Source: a virus (Duplodnaviria > Caudoviricetes). From it: a DNA stretch of 48,272 nucleotides. Where the stretch lies: positions 1 to 48,272 of IMG/VR virus record IMGVR_UViG_3300037484_000394; one strand, 5' to 3'. Positions 46,043 through 48,272 of the stretch are shown here, piece by piece; the first letter of the stretch is position 1, and every line of letters begins with the position of its first letter. A program made the translations under genes and the position numbers. The notes under the pieces are model-generated. The model did no database searches. It was not told the origin of the DNA and worked only from the letters and a program-made list of their open reading frames with translations.

Positions 46043-46070
46043 AGGGGAGATAACCCGCATTATGTTACCC
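46043..46070 (+). other. dif-like site AGGGGAGATAA-CCCGCA-TTATGTTACCC
   Basis: Right arm TTATGTTA closely matches the canonical XerD arm. Confidence 0.65.
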
Positions 46071-46141
46071 GTGGTAGAGATTCTTCGGGCCATGACGCAG
46101 AGCGCAGGCCCTCAGAATGACAGTAAGACGATAGGTGAACG

Positions 46142-46573
46142 ATGGCAGTGACATTACAGGCTGCGATTGATGAGGTCAGGGCGGACTTGGTTGCGGCGCT
46201 GACGACGGTGCGGGCCACGCCAGAGGACCCGCCAGAGCAGGTGACTGTGTTCCCCTTTATGACTGTGCACGCGGGGACGGGCGCATGGGAGGAAGGCCCG
46301 GCGGGGATGAAGAAGGGGTTGCATTCGATTGTGGTGGAGCTGCACGTGGCGCGGACGGCCGGCCTGGCGCGGGCGGTGAGCGAGGCGTTGGGGTTTGCTG
46401 AGAGCGTGCCCAACACGATTTTCAAGGGACGGAACGCGGACCGGTTCAACGGGACGATTGACACGTTCGACAGGATCACGTATACGTTCGGGCCGCTGAG
46501 CTGGGCAGGCGTGGATACGTTCGGGTGGATGTTCAGGATCGAGGGCGTGAAGCAGCAATCGGCGATCGCATGA
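46142..46573 (+). CDS. Tail terminator / tail completion protein
   Basis: Position and size (143 aa). Confidence 0.6.
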   Translation: MAVTLQAAIDEVRADLVAALTTVRATPEDPPEQVTVFPFMTVHAGTGAWEEGPAGMKKGLHSIVVELHVARTAGLARAVSEALGFAESVPNTIFKGRNADRFNGTIDTFDRITYTFGPLSWAGVDTFGWMFRIEGVKQQSAIA

Positions 46574-46624
46574 CAGGTATTGGATATTAGATATTAGATA
46601 TCAGGTATTGAGATTGGAGGAGAG

Positions 46625-47935
46625 ATGATTTCTGTGGTGATGCCGACAAAAGGGAGACCGGAGCAGGCGCGGGCGTGCGTGGAGCGGTTGCTGGATACGT
46701 CGAGCGGGCAAGAGGTCGAGGTCATTGTGGTGGCGGACGCGGGGGATTTTGACGCGCGCGGGCTGGAAAAGAACGTGGGGGTCATTCGGCCGCCTGATGA
46801 GCCAGGGCCTATTCCGGCGTGGAACCACGGGCTGGCTTTTGCGCATGGGGAGTGGATCGTGACGGGCGCGGATGACTTGGTGTGGTGCGATGGGTGGCTT
46901 GCGGCGGCGTTGGCCAGCGCGCGGGATGGGTTCTGCGGGCTATACGATGGGCACACGGAGCCGAGCGAGCGGGCGACGCATTTTCTTTTGTCGCGCGCGT
47001 ACATCGAGACGCACCAGGGCGGGCACTTGATGCCGCCGTATTACCGGTCGTGGTATCCCGACGCCGAGATCAGCGCAATCGCTCAGCGCGTGGGCGCTTA
47101 TGTGTGCCCGGCAGCGGCGCGTGTGGAGCATCATCACCCGGATTGGCGCGACGCTCCCGACGATGCGACTTATCAGGCTGGACGCAAACACCACAACGCG
47201 GACCGCCGAATATTTTATCGCCGGAAGCGGTTCGGGTTCCCAAATGAGGCCGTGCCGTGGGGCGACGACGTGCGAGCGATCATCGGGGTGCCGATCGAGC
47301 GAGCGATCTCGTATGCGGACGAGGTGTTTTGGGCGTTCATCTCTATCGCACAGCAAGGGTGGCCATTCATCAAGCTGCCCTACACGCGGATCGACGTGGC
47401 GCGCAACAAGTTCGCGATGCACATGTTGAACAGCGATTTTACGCACCTGGTGATGCTGGACGTTGACCACGAGCACCACGCAAACGTCGTCAAGCGATTG
47501 GTGAGGCGGGTGGAAGAAGACCCGGCGCGCCTGGTGGTGAGCGGGCTGAATTTCCGGCGCGGGCAGCCCTACGAGCCGATTGCGTTCGTGTGCCGAGACC
47601 AGGCGACCTATTCCGTGGCCGATTGGGCGCCGGGCGAGATGATCCCGGTGGACTTGATCGGATGCGGGTGCGTCATCATTTCGCGTGAGGTGTTCGAGCG
47701 GCTGCCAGGCCCGCCGTGGTTCTGGAACGATTACGGCGGGGCGGCGCTGGATAACTGGCCGGGCGAGGATATTGTTTTTTCGCGCCTGTGCCGACAGAAG
47801 GGGATCGAGTTGTGGATAGACACGGCCACGTCGTCCGACCATCTGATTGATGGGCGAGTGAACGAGGCGGTGTATCGAGCCTACATGGACGCTCATCACG
47901 ACGAGGTCTATGTCAACGAGGAGTTGGAGGTGTAG
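46625..47935 (+). CDS. Two-domain GT-A (family 2-like) glycosyltransferase
   Basis: ISVVMPTKGR, GADD, H.H; second domain ARN, MLDVD, GCG.V.ISR.VFE, GED..F. Confidence 0.85.
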   Translation: MISVVMPTKGRPEQARACVERLLDTSSGQEVEVIVVADAGDFDARGLEKNVGVIRPPDEPGPIPAWNHGLAFAHGEWIVTGADDLVWCDGWLAAALASARDGFCGLYDGHTEPSERATHFLLSRAYIETHQGGHLMPPYYRSWYPDAEISAIAQRVGAYVCPAAARVEHHHPDWRDAPDDATYQAGRKHHNADRRIFYRRKRFGFPNEAVPWGDDVRAIIGVPIERAISYADEVFWAFISIAQQGWPFIKLPYTRIDVARNKFAMHMLNSDFTHLVMLDVDHEHHANVVKRLVRRVEEDPARLVVSGLNFRRGQPYEPIAFVCRDQATYSVADWAPGEMIPVDLIGCGCVIISREVFERLPGPPWFWNDYGGAALDNWPGEDIVFSRLCRQKGIELWIDTATSSDHLIDGRVNEAVYRAYMDAHHDEVYVNEELEV

Positions 47936-47937
47936 AG

Positions 47938-48272
47938 ATGGCAGGAATCAGGGCATTGCGCAAAATCCAGATGGGGAAGGAAACCACGGCTGGAACGTTG
48001 GTTGACTCGACAACGCTCTGGCGTGGCGTGGGCGTGTTGGAAGACGCGCGGGAAACCAAGCAGGTCGAGGAGGACGTTGGATACATCTCCGGCTTGGATC
48101 GGCAGTACGTGCCCATGTTGCTGGGCAAACTGTCAATGGAGAACACGCCCGCGACGTTCGAGCAATTGCCGTACCTGGGCGAGGCTGGGATCAAGGCGGT
48201 TGGGACGGGCGTGGCGGATGGGGCCGGAGGCGGGAAAATCTACGCCTATCCGATGCCGACGACGACGAAGAA
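47938..48272 (+). CDS. Major tail protein, 5' part (MAGIRALRKIQMGKETTAG...)
   Basis: ATG at 47938 after GGAGG; open to the window end and joins ORF 21..788. Confidence 0.8.
   Translation, partial: MAGIRALRKIQMGKETTAGTLVDSTTLWRGVGVLEDARETKQVEEDVGYISGLDRQYVPMLLGKLSMENTPATFEQLPYLGEAGIKAVGTGVADGAGGGKIYAYPMPTTTK
48146..48272 (+). repeat. 127-bp terminal overlap identical to positions 1-127 (circularity)
   Basis: Exact match CGCCCGCGACGTTCGAGC...ACGACGAAGAA; the overlap lies inside a CDS. Confidence 0.97.

Larger units (their letters stand above)
1..48272. mobile_element. Complete temperate tailed phage (siphovirus-like) genome, circular assembly of about 48,145 bp
   Basis: Terminase, portal, capsid, tail, tape measure, integrase plus attP, repressor, primase and lysis genes are all present; the ends overlap exactly by 127 bp. 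Confidence 0.95.

Noticed and set aside
48146-48272. Biological direct terminal repeat
   Set aside because: 127 bp is a common assembler k-mer length and the repeat lies mid-gene, so it is best read as a circular assembly overlap.
1-48272. Phage-encoded RAYT/IS200 transposase explaining the REPs
   Set aside because: No ORF with HUH transposase motifs was recognised.

Overview
The window is very likely a complete, circularly assembled temperate siphophage genome of about 48,145 bp. Positions 1-127 are repeated exactly at 48146-48272, and the major tail gene runs across that junction. The host is probably Chloroflexi (Anaerolineae-like), inferred from a C-terminal YLPLIMR motif and Pro/Thr-rich exported proteins. 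Modules: tail (47938 across the junction to 8528); integration/immunity (tyrosine integrase, attP = 3' half of tRNA-Val(GAC), repressor/Cro); a second Xer-like recombinase; replication (primase-helicase, iterons, PolX, C5 methyltransferase); a ParM/ParR-like pair; a membrane/FtsK-gamma cassette; lysis; packaging and head; and a glycosyltransferase inside the tail operon. The most unusual signals are: (1) about 12 dispersed 28-bp dif-like sites (11-6-11, ATAA-N6-TTAT) at module boundaries, together with two Xer-type recombinases and an FtsK with a gamma domain; (2) an apparently circularly permuted ParM-like actin whose phosphate-1 loop sits at the C-terminus, next to 16-bp palindromes always spaced 28 bp apart; (3) about 30 REP-like palindromes of several families, all co-oriented, several inserted in frame in essential genes; (4) several segments bounded by direct or inverted repeats. 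All protein calls come from motif recognition by eye; no database search was run.
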